Source: an uncultured Dehalococcoidia bacterium (GTDB lineage: Bacteria; Chloroflexota; Dehalococcoidia; Bin125). Taken from it: a stretch of DNA of 64,000 bases. Shown here one piece after another: positions 54,084-63,787 of this stretch; positions within the stretch are counted from its first letter, which is position 1; each line of letters begins with the position of its first letter. Location of the stretch: the NCBI GenBank assembly GCA_964347635.1, contig CAYFZI010000002.1, positions 8,851 through 72,850 on the forward strand, in the 5' to 3' direction. The notes under the pieces were generated by a model. It worked only from the letters and a program-made list of their open reading frames with translations, had not been told where the DNA came from and searched no databases. The position numbers and the translations under genes were made by a program.

Positions 54084-55403
54084 GTGCACCTCAAGCTCAT
54101 ACTCCCGCTGGTCGCCGCCGCCCTCCTGCTCCTCGCCGCCTGCACAGATCAGTCCCAGCAGTCTCCCCCGCCCGCCGCCGAGCCTGAGGCGCAAGCGGAG
54201 TCGGCCCAGCCCCAGCAGGCGTCGGCGCCCGTTGAGGAGTCTGAGGCGCAGGCAGAGTCAGCTCAGCCCCAGCAGGCGTCGGCGCCCGCTGAGGAGTCTG
54301 AGGCGCAGGCGGAGTTGGCCAGGATCTCGATCCGCGACGCCGTTAACTTCAGCGTCGGTTACCAGGGCGCGGCGAAAATCGTCCACGTCGTCGAGGCTGC
54401 GCCCGGCGCCGGCGGCGCGGTCTACATCCTTGTGCAGCGCGGCGCCGCCGAGCCGTCCGGCGGCTGGGCCGGCCTGGCCGCCGAGCTGCTCGCCGCGCAC
54501 GATCTCGGCGAGCCCACGGTGATCGAAGTGCCGCTGCAGTCGATCTTCGCCTCATCGACCACGCAGCTGCCCGCGCTCGAAATCCTCGGCGTGCTTGACC
54601 GCCTCACAGGCGTCGCCCAGTCCGGCCTCGTGAGCAGCGAAGCGGTGCGCGCCCTGATCGACGCCGGCGGGCTTGTCGAGTTTGCCCCGATGTTCAGCGT
54701 CGACGCCGAAATCGTGCTCGCCGCCCGGCCCGATGTGCTGATGACCTCAGGCTTCTGGGACGACGCCTATGAAGTCATCCAGGGCGCCGATACGGCGATT
54801 GTCCACAACAGCGACTGGGTTGAGAGCAGCCCGCTCGGCCGCGCCGAATGGGTCAAGTTCATCAGCCTCTTCTTCAACCGCGAGGCGCAGGCGGAAGCCT
54901 GGTACGAACAGATGCGTGCCGACTACCTCGCTGTCCGCGATCTGGCCGCCGCCGCCGCGCCGCGGCCGAGCGTCCACACCGGCCTGGTCTGGGGCGATGT
55001 CTGGCTGGCGGCCGGCGGCGGCTCCTATGTGGCGCGGCTGCTCGCCGACGCGGGCGCCGACTATGTCTGGGCGGACGATGCATCCGTCGGATCGCTCGAG
55101 CACGATATCGAGACGCAGCTCGCCCAAGCCGGCGGGGCCGACTTCTGGCTGCACTCGGCGCAGTGGTGGACGAGCGCCGCCGACGCGATCGCCGAAGATG
55201 CGCGCTACGGCGAGTTCGCCGCGCTGGACCGCGGCAACCTCTGGAATCCGAGCCGCCGGATCAACGCTTCGGGCGCCAACGATTTCTATGAACAGGGCGC
55301 GCTGCGCCCCGATCTGGTGCTGGCCGACCTGGTCGCGATCTTCCATCCCCAGCTCATGCCCGATCATCAGTTTGTCTTCTATCGGCGCGTCGGCGGCGAG
55401 TGA
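54084..55403 (+). CDS. ABC transporter substrate-binding lipoprotein, cobalamin/siderophore (BtuF/FecB, PF01497-like) type
   Basis: Lipoprotein signal LAACTDQ, a low-complexity repeat linker, then a periplasmic-binding-protein class III pattern. A B12 riboswitch sits upstream and a FecCD permease downstream. GTG start follows GAAAGG. Confidence 0.8.
   Translation: MHLKLILPLVAAALLLLAACTDQSQQSPPPAAEPEAQAESAQPQQASAPVEESEAQAESAQPQQASAPAEESEAQAELARISIRDAVNFSVGYQGAAKIVHVVEAAPGAGGAVYILVQRGAAEPSGGWAGLAAELLAAHDLGEPTVIEVPLQSIFASSTTQLPALEILGVLDRLTGVAQSGLVSSEAVRALIDAGGLVEFAPMFSVDAEIVLAARPDVLMTSGFWDDAYEVIQGADTAIVHNSDWVESSPLGRAEWVKFISLFFNREAQAEAWYEQMRADYLAVRDLAAAAAPRPSVHTGLVWGDVWLAAGGGSYVARLLADAGADYVWADDASVGSLEHDIETQLAQAGGADFWLHSAQWWTSAADAIAEDARYGEFAALDRGNLWNPSRRINASGANDFYEQGALRPDLVLADLVAIFHPQLMPDHQFVFYRRVGGE
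54178..54318 (+). repeat. Tandem 63-bp repeat (about 2.2 copies) encoding AQAESAQPQQASAP(V/A)EESE within the SBP linker
   Basis: The period is seen directly, 54181 to 54244 to 54307, with a few substitutions. Confidence 0.6.
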
Positions 55404-56527
55404 GCGCGCTTGAGGGCCTACAGGCAGCCGCTCCAGAGCGGTCCGCCGAGCTGGACGCGCTGGGCGCTGTGCGCGCCCGCACGATCGCCGTTTTTGCCGC
55501 TCTGATCCTCGCCGCGCTCGTGCTCGCGCTGCTCGGCGTGGCCGTCGGCTCGATCTCGATCCCATTCCCCGCCGCGCTCGACGCGCTGGGCGCAGTCTTC
55601 AGCGGCTCGGCCGGCGCGGCCTCGGGCGACGAGGCCGTTTGGGCCGCGATCGTGCAGCAGATTCGCATCCCGCGCACGCTCACGGCGCTGCTGGCCGGCG
55701 CTGCGCTGGGCATCGCCGGCCTGCAAATGCAGACGCTCTTCCGCAATCCGCTCGCCGACCCCTTCGTGCTCGGCATCAGCGCCGGCGCCTCGTTCGGCGT
55801 GGCCGCCGTGGTGCTGGTCGCGGGCACCGGCGTGACCGTCTTCACCGCTGGGCTCGGCTGGCTCGGCGATCTCGGCCTGGCCGGCGCCGCGGTGGCCGGC
55901 GCGGCCGCCGTGATGGCCTTGGTGCTCGCGCTCTCGCTGCGCGTGCGCAGCATCGTCACCGTGCTGATCGTCGGGCTGCTTGTCGGCCAGCTGGTCGGAG
56001 CGCTGATCACGATCCTGATCTCCGCCGCCCAAGAGCAATACGTGGACCAATTCGTGCGCTGGGGTTTCGGTTCGTTCCGCGGCGTGACCTGGTCCGAGCT
56101 GCGCATCCTCGCCCCCGCCGTCGCCGCGGGGATCGCCGTCGCGCTGCTCAGCGTCAAACAGCTCAACGTGCTGCTGTTGGGCGAGTCCTACGCGCGCAGC
56201 CTCGGCGTCCACGTGCGCCGCGCGCAGCTGGCCGCAATGCTTGGTGCGGCCCTGCTGGCCGGCGCGGTCACCGCCTTCGCCGGGCCGATCGCATTCCTCG
56301 GCGTGGCCGTCCCGCACCTCGCCCGCGGACTCTTCCGCACCTCCGACCACCGCATCCTCGCCCCCGCGGTGATCCTCTGCGGCGCCGTGATCGCGCTCGC
56401 CGCCGAAATCGCCGCCCAGCTGCCCGGCCTCAGCAGCGTGCTGCCGCTGAACGCCGTCACCGCCCTGATCGGCGCACCCGTCGTGCTTAGCGTGCTGCTC
56501 CGCCGCCGCCGCCTCAGCGCCGTATGA
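55400..56527 (+). CDS. FecCD-family ABC permease (BtuC-like)
   Basis: Ten-TM hydrophobic protein with FecCD motifs (IRIPRTLTALLAGAALG..., GPIAFLGVAVPHLAR). It overlaps the SBP stop. Confidence 0.85.
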   Translation: MSALEGLQAAAPERSAELDALGAVRARTIAVFAALILAALVLALLGVAVGSISIPFPAALDALGAVFSGSAGAASGDEAVWAAIVQQIRIPRTLTALLAGAALGIAGLQMQTLFRNPLADPFVLGISAGASFGVAAVVLVAGTGVTVFTAGLGWLGDLGLAGAAVAGAAAVMALVLALSLRVRSIVTVLIVGLLVGQLVGALITILISAAQEQYVDQFVRWGFGSFRGVTWSELRILAPAVAAGIAVALLSVKQLNVLLLGESYARSLGVHVRRAQLAAMLGAALLAGAVTAFAGPIAFLGVAVPHLARGLFRTSDHRILAPAVILCGAVIALAAEIAAQLPGLSSVLPLNAVTALIGAPVVLSVLLRRRRLSAV

Positions 56528-56643
56528 TCGCGCCCCCGACGGAGCCGCGCTGACGACGGCCGGCACACGGCCGGCACCAGACCAAGGCCGCGCAGCCAAC
56601 GCCCAGCTGAAGGTAGTTGCACAAATCTCTAGGGCGGCAGCGG

Positions 56644-58179
56644 CTACCCGCTCGTTGGCCCCGACCGCGGTGCGATCGCGCGCAGGAACAGCACCGCGCT
56701 GATGAGCAAGATCGCCCCGGCGGCGGCGACCACCGCATACTCCCAGGGGAAGCTGCGCGGCGAAGCGAAGCTGGGGGCTGCGCGTCGCGTCGATTGCCGC
56801 TGCTCGATCTCTGCTGTGCGCGCCGCGATCTCGCCGCTGCTGCGCGTGTCCAGCGCCGCTGCTTGCCCGCCCTCCGGTTCGGCCTGCGGTTCGATCTCGC
56901 CCGCGTCCTCGGCACGCTCGGCTTCGCGCTCGGCCTGCTCTCTGCTGGGCGTCTGCTCCGCCGCTTCTTGCTCCTGCTCCGCCTCGGCCGCCGGTTCCTC
57001 CTGCTCGGCGACCTCCGGCCCCGCGATCACCTCGTCCTCGATCACCGTCGAGCGGTCTGCGCCGCGTTCGCGCGGCGGCAGGCCGACCGACGCCCGCCAG
57101 GCGTTGTCGAGGCCGTCGCGGTCGAAGCCGTAGACCGTCGTCAGCGCGTTATCGACAGTCGAGCCCGCCTTGAAGGTGGCAAAGAGCGCAGCGAACTGCT
57201 GCGGTCCGTAGGTGCCGATCAGGTAGGTGACGATCGACGCCGCCTGGCCGTAGAACACGTCGACCTGGCCGGCGATGTTGGTGTTCGAGGCCATTCCGCG
57301 CACGGGCAGCACCGTGTCGCGCTCGATCGCGCGCTGCAGCGCGCCGCCGCGCCGCGCCAGCCAGTCGCCCTCGGCCAGCGTTGCGACGCCTTCATCGAGC
57401 CAGGCCGGCAACGTGCCGAACGCGCCCTCGCCGGCGATCTTGGTCAGCACGTGAGTCAGCTCGTGGCGAATCACCCAGCGGCTGGGGTCGTAGATGTGGA
57501 CCAAATCCGCGAGCACGCGCACCCCGCCGGTGATGACCTGCTCATCGAAGCCCTCGCTGCGAATCCGCTGTACGCCGGACGCATCCGACTCGCTGCGCCA
57601 GACATAGACCTTGAGCGGAAAGTCGACCTCGATGCCCAGCAGCGCCGCCATCGCGGCCACCGCGTCCGCCCCCTCTTCGGCCATCGCGATCGCTGCTCCC
57701 TCGTCGTGGTAATACCGCACCATGATCCGGCCGCGCTCGATCTCAATCCACTCGTAGCGCGGGTCTTCGTAGCGCCAGATCCGCGCCGCGGTCTTCGTCA
57801 CGCTGCCGTCGGTTGCCGTCAGCTGCCAATACCAGCGGATATCCGCCCCGACCGGGATGTAGAAATCGGCTCCTCGAGTGGCCAGGTCGGCGGAGATGCG
57901 CGCCACACCGCCGCTCTGGAGCTCCGCCGGCTGCCGCGTCAACGCGCCTTCCGGCAGCACCGTGTAGAAGAACACCGCCTCGGCGAGCTGCGCCCCGTCT
58001 GAGACCAGCGCGGTGAACGAGACGGAGTCCGGAAACTGCTCCATCCGGATCGACGTGTCCTGCACCTGCGGGGTCGATTGCCCGCGCACTGCGCCGAGGC
58101 CGGCAAACAGCGCGGTCAACAACAGCAGCGCGGCCAACAGCAGCGCGGCAAACCCGCTGTGCGCCTGCACGGCCTTCAT
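56644..58179 (-). CDS. Secreted/membrane-anchored zinc metallopeptidase-like protein (HExxH)
   Basis: N-terminal signal/TM, IRHELTHVL HExxH motif, acidic Glu/Ala-rich linker and a C-terminal TM anchor. The stop overlaps the prfB start region (ATGA-type overlap at 58176-58179). Confidence 0.55.
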   Translation of the reverse strand: MKAVQAHSGFAALLLAALLLLTALFAGLGAVRGQSTPQVQDTSIRMEQFPDSVSFTALVSDGAQLAEAVFFYTVLPEGALTRQPAELQSGGVARISADLATRGADFYIPVGADIRWYWQLTATDGSVTKTAARIWRYEDPRYEWIEIERGRIMVRYYHDEGAAIAMAEEGADAVAAMAALLGIEVDFPLKVYVWRSESDASGVQRIRSEGFDEQVITGGVRVLADLVHIYDPSRWVIRHELTHVLTKIAGEGAFGTLPAWLDEGVATLAEGDWLARRGGALQRAIERDTVLPVRGMASNTNIAGQVDVFYGQAASIVTYLIGTYGPQQFAALFATFKAGSTVDNALTTVYGFDRDGLDNAWRASVGLPPRERGADRSTVIEDEVIAGPEVAEQEEPAAEAEQEQEAAEQTPSREQAEREAERAEDAGEIEPQAEPEGGQAAALDTRSSGEIAARTAEIEQRQSTRRAAPSFASPRSFPWEYAVVAAAGAILLISAVLFLRAIAPRSGPTSG

Positions 58180-59310
58180 GCGCTCCCATCCTGCCCATCC
58201 AGATCGCCGCGATCGACGCCGATCTGCGTCTGCAGCCAGGCGCGCAGCAGCGGCTCGATCGAGCCGTCCAGCACGCCCTCAGCGTCCGACGTTTCGTAGC
58301 CGCTGCGCAGGTCCTTGACCATTCGGTAGGGCTGCAGCACGTAGCTGCGAATCTGATTGCCCCAGCCGGCCTCGATGTGCTCCCCGCGAATCTTGAGCCG
58401 CTCCTCCTCGCGGCGCTGCAGCTCGCGCTGCAGCAGCCGAGATTCGAGCACCATCATCGCGCTCTCGCGGTTGCGCCGCAGCGAGCGCTCGTTCTGGCAG
58501 GAGACGACGATGTTCGTGGGCAGATGCGTGATGCGCACCGCCGTCGCGTTCTTCTGCACGTTCTGCCCGCCGTGCCCCGATGCCCGGTAGACATCGATTT
58601 TGAGCTCATCCGCGTCGACCTCGATCTCCGCCAGGCTCTCCACCTCCGGCATCACCTCGACCATCGCAAACGATGTATGCCGCGCGTGCTGCTGGTCGAA
58701 CGGCGAGATCCGCACCAATCGGTGCACCCCATGCTCCGAGCGCAGCCAGCCGTAGGCCGACTCGCCCTTCACCTCGAGCGTCGCCGACTTGATCCCCGCC
58801 TCCTCGCCCTCGACCAGCTCGACCAGCTCGACATCGAATTCCGAGCGCTCCGCCCAGCGCAGATACATCCGCTGCAGCATCTCCGCCCAATCCTGCGATT
58901 CCGTGCCGCCGGCGCCGGCGTAGATCGCCACGATCGCGTTGCGCTCATCGTAGGGGCCGGAGAATGCCAGTTCGAAGGAGTGCTCCTCCAGCTGCGCCGC
59001 GATCGCCGCCGCTTCCCGCTCCAGCTCGGCGGCCAATGCTTGGTCTTCGTCCGCCGCGGCCAGCTCGAAAAGCTCGACAGCCTCGTCGAGCCGCTGCTCG
59101 AGCCCGCGCCAGACCTGCACGGTGCGCTGCCGCGCGGCCAGCCGCCGCATCACCCCGCGCGCCTGCTCCGGGTCGTCCCAGAAATCGGGCCGCGCCGACT
59201 CCCGCTCCAGCCCCGCCGCTTCCCGCTCCAGCCGTGGCAGGTCAAAGGCGCTCCAGCGTGTCGCTCAGACGCTCGCGCAGGCCTGTCAGCTCGCTCTGCA
59301 GGTCATCCAT
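58176..59310 (-). CDS. prfB: Peptide chain release factor 2, made via programmed +1 frameshift: frame 0 covers 59310-59245 and the shifted frame covers 59243-58176
   Basis: ATG at 59310 gives MDDLQSELTGLRERLSDTLERL, ending at the classic slippery site CGC CTT TGA C with GGAG 6 nt upstream. The +1 frame continues DLPRLE...SGHGGQ... (GGQ motif) to the stop at 58176. Confidence 0.85.
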
Positions 59311-59357
59311 CGCCGGAGGCCTCTCCCCAACACGCTCGGCAGGTCCGATTCACGGTA

Positions 59358-60260
59358 TCAGCGGGCTGCGATCTGCGTCATGCGCGCAGCCCGCGTGACA
59401 TTGTTCAGCAGCATCGCGACCGTCATCGGCCCCACGCCGCCGGGGACCGGCGTGATCGAAGAGGCGACCCCGCGCACGCCCGCGAAGTCCACATCGCCCA
59501 CCAATCGGTAGCCGCGCTTGCGCGATCGATCGTCCACGCGGTTGACGCCCACGTCGATCACCACCGCGCCCGGGCGCACCATCTCCGCCGTGATCGTGTT
59601 GGGGCGGCCCGTGGCCGCGACCAGAATGTCGGCGCTGCGCGTGTGCGCGGCCAGGTCGACCGTCGCAGTGTGGCAGAGCGTCACCGTCGCGTTGGCGCCC
59701 GTGCGTTTCTGCGCCAGCATCGCCGCGAGCGGCATCCCGACCAGCCGCGAGCGGCCCACGATCACGACGTGCTTGCGGGCCGGATCGTTGCCGCTGCGCA
59801 CGAGCAGCTGCTGCACCCCGTGCGGCGTGGCCGGCAGAAAGCGTTCGCGGCCCTGCAGAATGCGCCCCTGATTGGCCGGATGCAGCGCGTCGACATCCTT
59901 CAGCGGGTCAATCCGCTCCAGCAGACCGTCCGCATGCACACCCTCCGGCAGCGGCAGCTGGAGGATGATTCCGTGCATATCGGGGTTGGCGTTGAGCGCC
60001 GCGATCGCATCCGCGACGCGCGCTTCGACCGAAGCGGCACCGCCGTCGGCGGTAATGCGAATCACACGCACACCGATGCCGGTCTCGGCGCCCGCGCGCT
60101 CCTTGCCGCGCACGTAGGATGCTGAGGCCGGGTTCTCCCCCACCAGCAGCACGCCCAGCTGCGGCATCAGCCCGTCTTGCAGCATCCGCCGCGTCTGCTT
60201 CGCCAGCGAAGCGCGAATCCCGGCCGCCACCGCCGCCCCGTCGATCAGCTCTGCAACCAT
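59358..60260 (-). CDS. folD: Bifunctional methylenetetrahydrofolate dehydrogenase/cyclohydrolase FolD
   Basis: LVGENPASASYVRGKE, GIILQLPLP and VIVGRSRLVGMP motifs. Confidence 0.9.
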   Translation of the reverse strand: MVAELIDGAAVAAGIRASLAKQTRRMLQDGLMPQLGVLLVGENPASASYVRGKERAGAETGIGVRVIRITADGGAASVEARVADAIAALNANPDMHGIILQLPLPEGVHADGLLERIDPLKDVDALHPANQGRILQGRERFLPATPHGVQQLLVRSGNDPARKHVVIVGRSRLVGMPLAAMLAQKRTGANATVTLCHTATVDLAAHTRSADILVAATGRPNTITAEMVRPGAVVIDVGVNRVDDRSRKRGYRLVGDVDFAGVRGVASSITPVPGGVGPMTVAMLLNNVTRAARMTQIAAR

Positions 60261-60395
60261 GCCGCATCCATACCAAGAGCGTACGCGCGGGCCGTCCTGT
60301 GCGCAGCCGCAGCGCCGCCTTCAGCTCTGATCCGCTCGACTGCCCGGCTGTGTGCGGGCAGCCTCTACCCAGCCCCGCTGCTACGATTTGCAGCG

Positions 60396-60776
60396 ATGCT
60401 TCCCGAGCTCACCTGCGGCGTCGATCTGCTGCTCCTGCAGCGCTTCCAGCGCGTGCTCGAGCGCCACCGCGAGCGCTTTCTCGCCCGCATCTACACCGAG
60501 CGCGAGATCGACTACTGCCGCGGGCGCACTCCCGAGCTGGCCGCGCGCTTCGCCGGCAAGGAGGCGGTGATGAAAGCGCTGGGCACCGGCGTCCGCGGGC
60601 TGCGCTGGCGCGAAATCGAAATCCTCGCCAACGCCCGCGGCAAGCCTGTCGTGATCCTGCACGGCGCCGCGCAGCGCCGCTCGCACGACATCGGCCTGGA
60701 ACGAATCGAGATCAGCCTGACCCACGAACGCACCATCGTCTGCGCCTTCGCCGTCGGACAGCCGGCAGCCGCATGA
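60396..60776 (+). CDS. acpS: Holo-[acyl-carrier-protein] synthase (4'-phosphopantetheinyl transferase)
   Basis: GVDLL...FAGKEAVMKALGTG...LTHE pattern. The stop overlaps the nnr ATG (ATGA). Confidence 0.85.
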   Translation: MLPELTCGVDLLLLQRFQRVLERHRERFLARIYTEREIDYCRGRTPELAARFAGKEAVMKALGTGVRGLRWREIEILANARGKPVVILHGAAQRRSHDIGLERIEISLTHERTIVCAFAVGQPAAA

Positions 60777-62452
60777 AGCTGCTGACGGCGGCGGAGATGC
60801 GCGGCCTCGAAGAGCGCGCCGCAGCGGCCGGCGCGCCGGCCGACGCGCTGATGGAGCAGGCCGGCCTGGCCGTCGCACAGGAAGCTTGGATGCAGCTCGG
60901 CTCGCTCGAAGACCGCCGCATCGTTGTCCTCGTCGGCCCCGGCAACAACGGCGGCGATGCGCTCGTGGCCGCCCGCCACCTTGCCGAGTGGGGCGCGCAG
61001 GTGCGCTGCTATGCGCTGCGCCCGCGCAGCGGCGCGCACTGGCGCGCCGCAATCGAGGCCGGCGCGGCCTGCGGAGCGGTGGAGGAGGATGAGGATTTCG
61101 CGGCCCTGGACGCGCTCTTCGCGGGTGCGGAGATGGTGATCGACGGGCTGCTCGGCACCGGCAGCTCGCGTTCGATTGACGGCGATCTCGCCGAGATCAT
61201 GCGGCGGCTGGGCGCGGCGCGCGCACGCACCGTACCGCCCAAGCTGATCGCGGTCGACCTGCCCACAGGGGTCGACGCCGACTCCGGCCGCGTCGACCCG
61301 CTTGCCGCCGCCGCCGATGAAACGGTCACCTTCCACGCGCCCAAGGTGGGCCTCTATCTGCAGCCCGGCGCGTCGCTCGCGGGTTCCGTGCAGGCTGTCG
61401 AAATCGGGATCCCCGCCGGGCTCGATGAGCAGCTCGGCACCGAGCTGCTGGAGCGGCGCGCGGCGCGCGCGCTGCTGCCCGCCCGCGCGCCCGACGCCCA
61501 CAAAGGTACGCACGGCACACTGCTCATCGTCGCCGGCTCGCTGCGCTACCCCGGCGCGGCGATCCTCGCCGCCAACGCCGCCTACCGTGCCGGCGCCGGC
61601 TTGGTGACCGTCGCCGCGCCTGCGTCGCTGGTCGGCTCGATGGTGGCCGCCGCTCCAGAGGCGACCTGGCTGCCGCTGCCCGAAGGTGGGCATCCCGGCG
61701 CTGTCGGGCCGGCGGCGCTGCCGCTGCTGCGCGAAGCGCTCGAATCCGCCTCCGCTCTGGCTGTCGGGTGCGGCCTCGGCCTGCACCCGGCCAGCGCTGA
61801 ACTCGTGCATCGGCTGCTCGCCGACCCCGCCCTGGCCGACTTGCCCGGCGTCGTCGTCGACGCAGACGCGCTCAACCACCTCGCGGCCGGCCCTGGCTGG
61901 AGCGCCGCCGCGCCGCTCGTGCTCACCCCGCACCCCGGCGAGATGGCCCGCCTGACCGGCCGCTCAAGCGGCGAGGTGCAGGCCGCAAGGCTCGATCTCG
62001 CGCGCCGCTCGGCCGCCGAGTGGGGCGCGACCGTCGTGCTCAAGGGCGCAAACACCGTGATCGCCGCGGCCGACGGGCGCGCCCGCGTTTCCGAGGTCGC
62101 CCAGCCCGCCCTCGCGACCGCCGGTACCGGCGACGTGCTGACCGGCGCCGTCGGCGCGCTGCTCGCGCAGGGGCTGGCGCCCTTCGACGCGGCCGCGCTG
62201 GGGGTTTACTTGCACGCCGAAGCCGGCAACCGCGCCATGCGCAGCCACGGCACGATCGGCGCCACCGCCGGCGATGTCGCCGCGCAGCTCGCCTTGGCCT
62301 CCCGCTCGCTGGCCGGCGAAGAGCCGATCGAGGCGCCCGCGCTGGGCGGCGGTCTGGGCTTCGGCGGCGGCGGGATGGAGCAGGGCCTCGGCGGGGGCGG
62401 CGGCCTGGAATCGCTCTTCGGCGCGCCCGACAGTCCAACCGCGCAGCAATAA
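60773..62452 (+). CDS. nnr: Bifunctional NAD(P)H-hydrate epimerase/dehydratase (Nnr; YjeF N- plus C-terminal domains) with a Gly-rich C-terminal tail
   Basis: VVLVGPGNNGGDALV (YjeF-N), GTGDVLTGAVGALLAQG (YjeF-C). The tail ...GGGLGFGGGGMEQGLGGGGGLESLFGAP is not typical of the family. Confidence 0.85.
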   Translation: MKLLTAAEMRGLEERAAAAGAPADALMEQAGLAVAQEAWMQLGSLEDRRIVVLVGPGNNGGDALVAARHLAEWGAQVRCYALRPRSGAHWRAAIEAGAACGAVEEDEDFAALDALFAGAEMVIDGLLGTGSSRSIDGDLAEIMRRLGAARARTVPPKLIAVDLPTGVDADSGRVDPLAAAADETVTFHAPKVGLYLQPGASLAGSVQAVEIGIPAGLDEQLGTELLERRAARALLPARAPDAHKGTHGTLLIVAGSLRYPGAAILAANAAYRAGAGLVTVAAPASLVGSMVAAAPEATWLPLPEGGHPGAVGPAALPLLREALESASALAVGCGLGLHPASAELVHRLLADPALADLPGVVVDADALNHLAAGPGWSAAAPLVLTPHPGEMARLTGRSSGEVQAARLDLARRSAAEWGATVVLKGANTVIAAADGRARVSEVAQPALATAGTGDVLTGAVGALLAQGLAPFDAAALGVYLHAEAGNRAMRSHGTIGATAGDVAAQLALASRSLAGEEPIEAPALGGGLGFGGGGMEQGLGGGGGLESLFGAPDSPTAQQ

Positions 62453-62540
62453 CGACAGCCCCCGCGCTGCACAGGGCTAGACTGCATTTGGCAGACGGCC
62501 AGCACGGGCAGCAAGCCGGCCAGGACGCGCGGAGGCGGCA

Positions 62541-63785
62541 GTGGACGACGAACAGCGCATCGTGGTGACCGGCATGGGCGTCGTCTCCGCGCTCGGGCAC
62601 AACCTCGCCGACACCTGGGAGGGCCTCAGCGCCGGACGCTCCGGGGTCGAGGCGATCCATCTCTTCGATCCCGGCCGCCTCGGCGTCCGCATCGCCGCAC
62701 AGGTGTCCGATTGGGAGCCGGCGCAGCACATGCCGAAGAAGGAAGCGCGGCGGATGGACCGCTACAGCCAGTTCGCCGTCGCCGCCGCCCATGAGGCCGT
62801 GCAGCATGCCGGGCTGAGCCACTTCGAGGGCTCCGACCGCGCCGGCGTCATGGTGGGCACCGGGATCGGCGGGATCATCACCACCGAAGCGCAGTTCCGC
62901 GTGCTCGACCGCCGCGGCCCCGATCGCGTATCGCCCTTCGTCGTCCCGATGATGCTGCCCAATATGGCCAGCGGACAGGTCAGCATCGCGCTCGGCGCGC
63001 GCGGGCCCAACCTCGCGCCGATCTCCGCCTGCTCCAGCGCCGCTGACGCGCTCGGGCTGGCCGCCGAGACGATCCGCCGCGGCGATGCCGATGTCATGCT
63101 CGCCGGCGGCGCAGAAGCGCCGATCTGCGAGATGGCCGTCGCCGGTTTCGCCGCCGCGCGTGCGCTCTCCGCGCGCAACGATCCGCCCCAGTCCGCCTCG
63201 CGCCCCTTCGATGCAGAGCGCGACGGCTTCGTGATGGGCGAAGGCGCGGCGATCCTCGTGCTCGAACGCGCCGATCGCGCGCAGCAGCGCGGTGCCGAGA
63301 TCCTCGCCGAGCTCTGCGGCTACGCGACCTTCGGCGACGCCTACCACATCACCCAGCCGGCCGAGGGCGGCGACGGCGGCGTGCGCGCGATGAACGCCGC
63401 GCTCGACAACGCCGGGATTGACCCCGCAGAGGTCGACTACATCAACGCCCATGGCACCTCGACGCCGCTCAACGACCGCTTTGAGACGATGGCGATCAAG
63501 ACCGTCTTCGGCGAGGCCGCCTGGACACTCTCGATCTCTTCGACCAAATCGATGACCGCGCATCTGCTCGGCGCGGCCGGCGCGATCGAGGCGGTGGCCA
63601 GCATCCAGGCGATCCGCGAGGGGCTGATCCCGCCCACGATCAACCTCGAACACCCCGACCCGGAGTGCGACCTCGACTACACGCCCAACGAAGCGCGCGA
63701 GCGCGATGTGCGCGTGGCGCTCTCCAACTCGATGGGTTTCGGCGGCCACAACGCCTGCCTGGTCTTCCGCCGCTGGGAAGGCTAG
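62541..63785 (+). CDS. fabF: 3-oxoacyl-[ACP] synthase II
   Basis: RIVVTGMGVVSALG, the ISACSSAADALG active-site Cys, HGTSTPLND and NSMGFGGHNA motifs. Confidence 0.9.
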   Translation: MDDEQRIVVTGMGVVSALGHNLADTWEGLSAGRSGVEAIHLFDPGRLGVRIAAQVSDWEPAQHMPKKEARRMDRYSQFAVAAAHEAVQHAGLSHFEGSDRAGVMVGTGIGGIITTEAQFRVLDRRGPDRVSPFVVPMMLPNMASGQVSIALGARGPNLAPISACSSAADALGLAAETIRRGDADVMLAGGAEAPICEMAVAGFAAARALSARNDPPQSASRPFDAERDGFVMGEGAAILVLERADRAQQRGAEILAELCGYATFGDAYHITQPAEGGDGGVRAMNAALDNAGIDPAEVDYINAHGTSTPLNDRFETMAIKTVFGEAAWTLSISSTKSMTAHLLGAAGAIEAVASIQAIREGLIPPTINLEHPDPECDLDYTPNEARERDVRVALSNSMGFGGHNACLVFRRWEG

Positions 63786-63787
63786 GC

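Noticed and set aside
62040-63749. 569-aa minus-strand ORF antisense to nnr and fabF
   Set aside because: It is antisense to two strongly supported genes and gives a poly-Arg/Ala translation.
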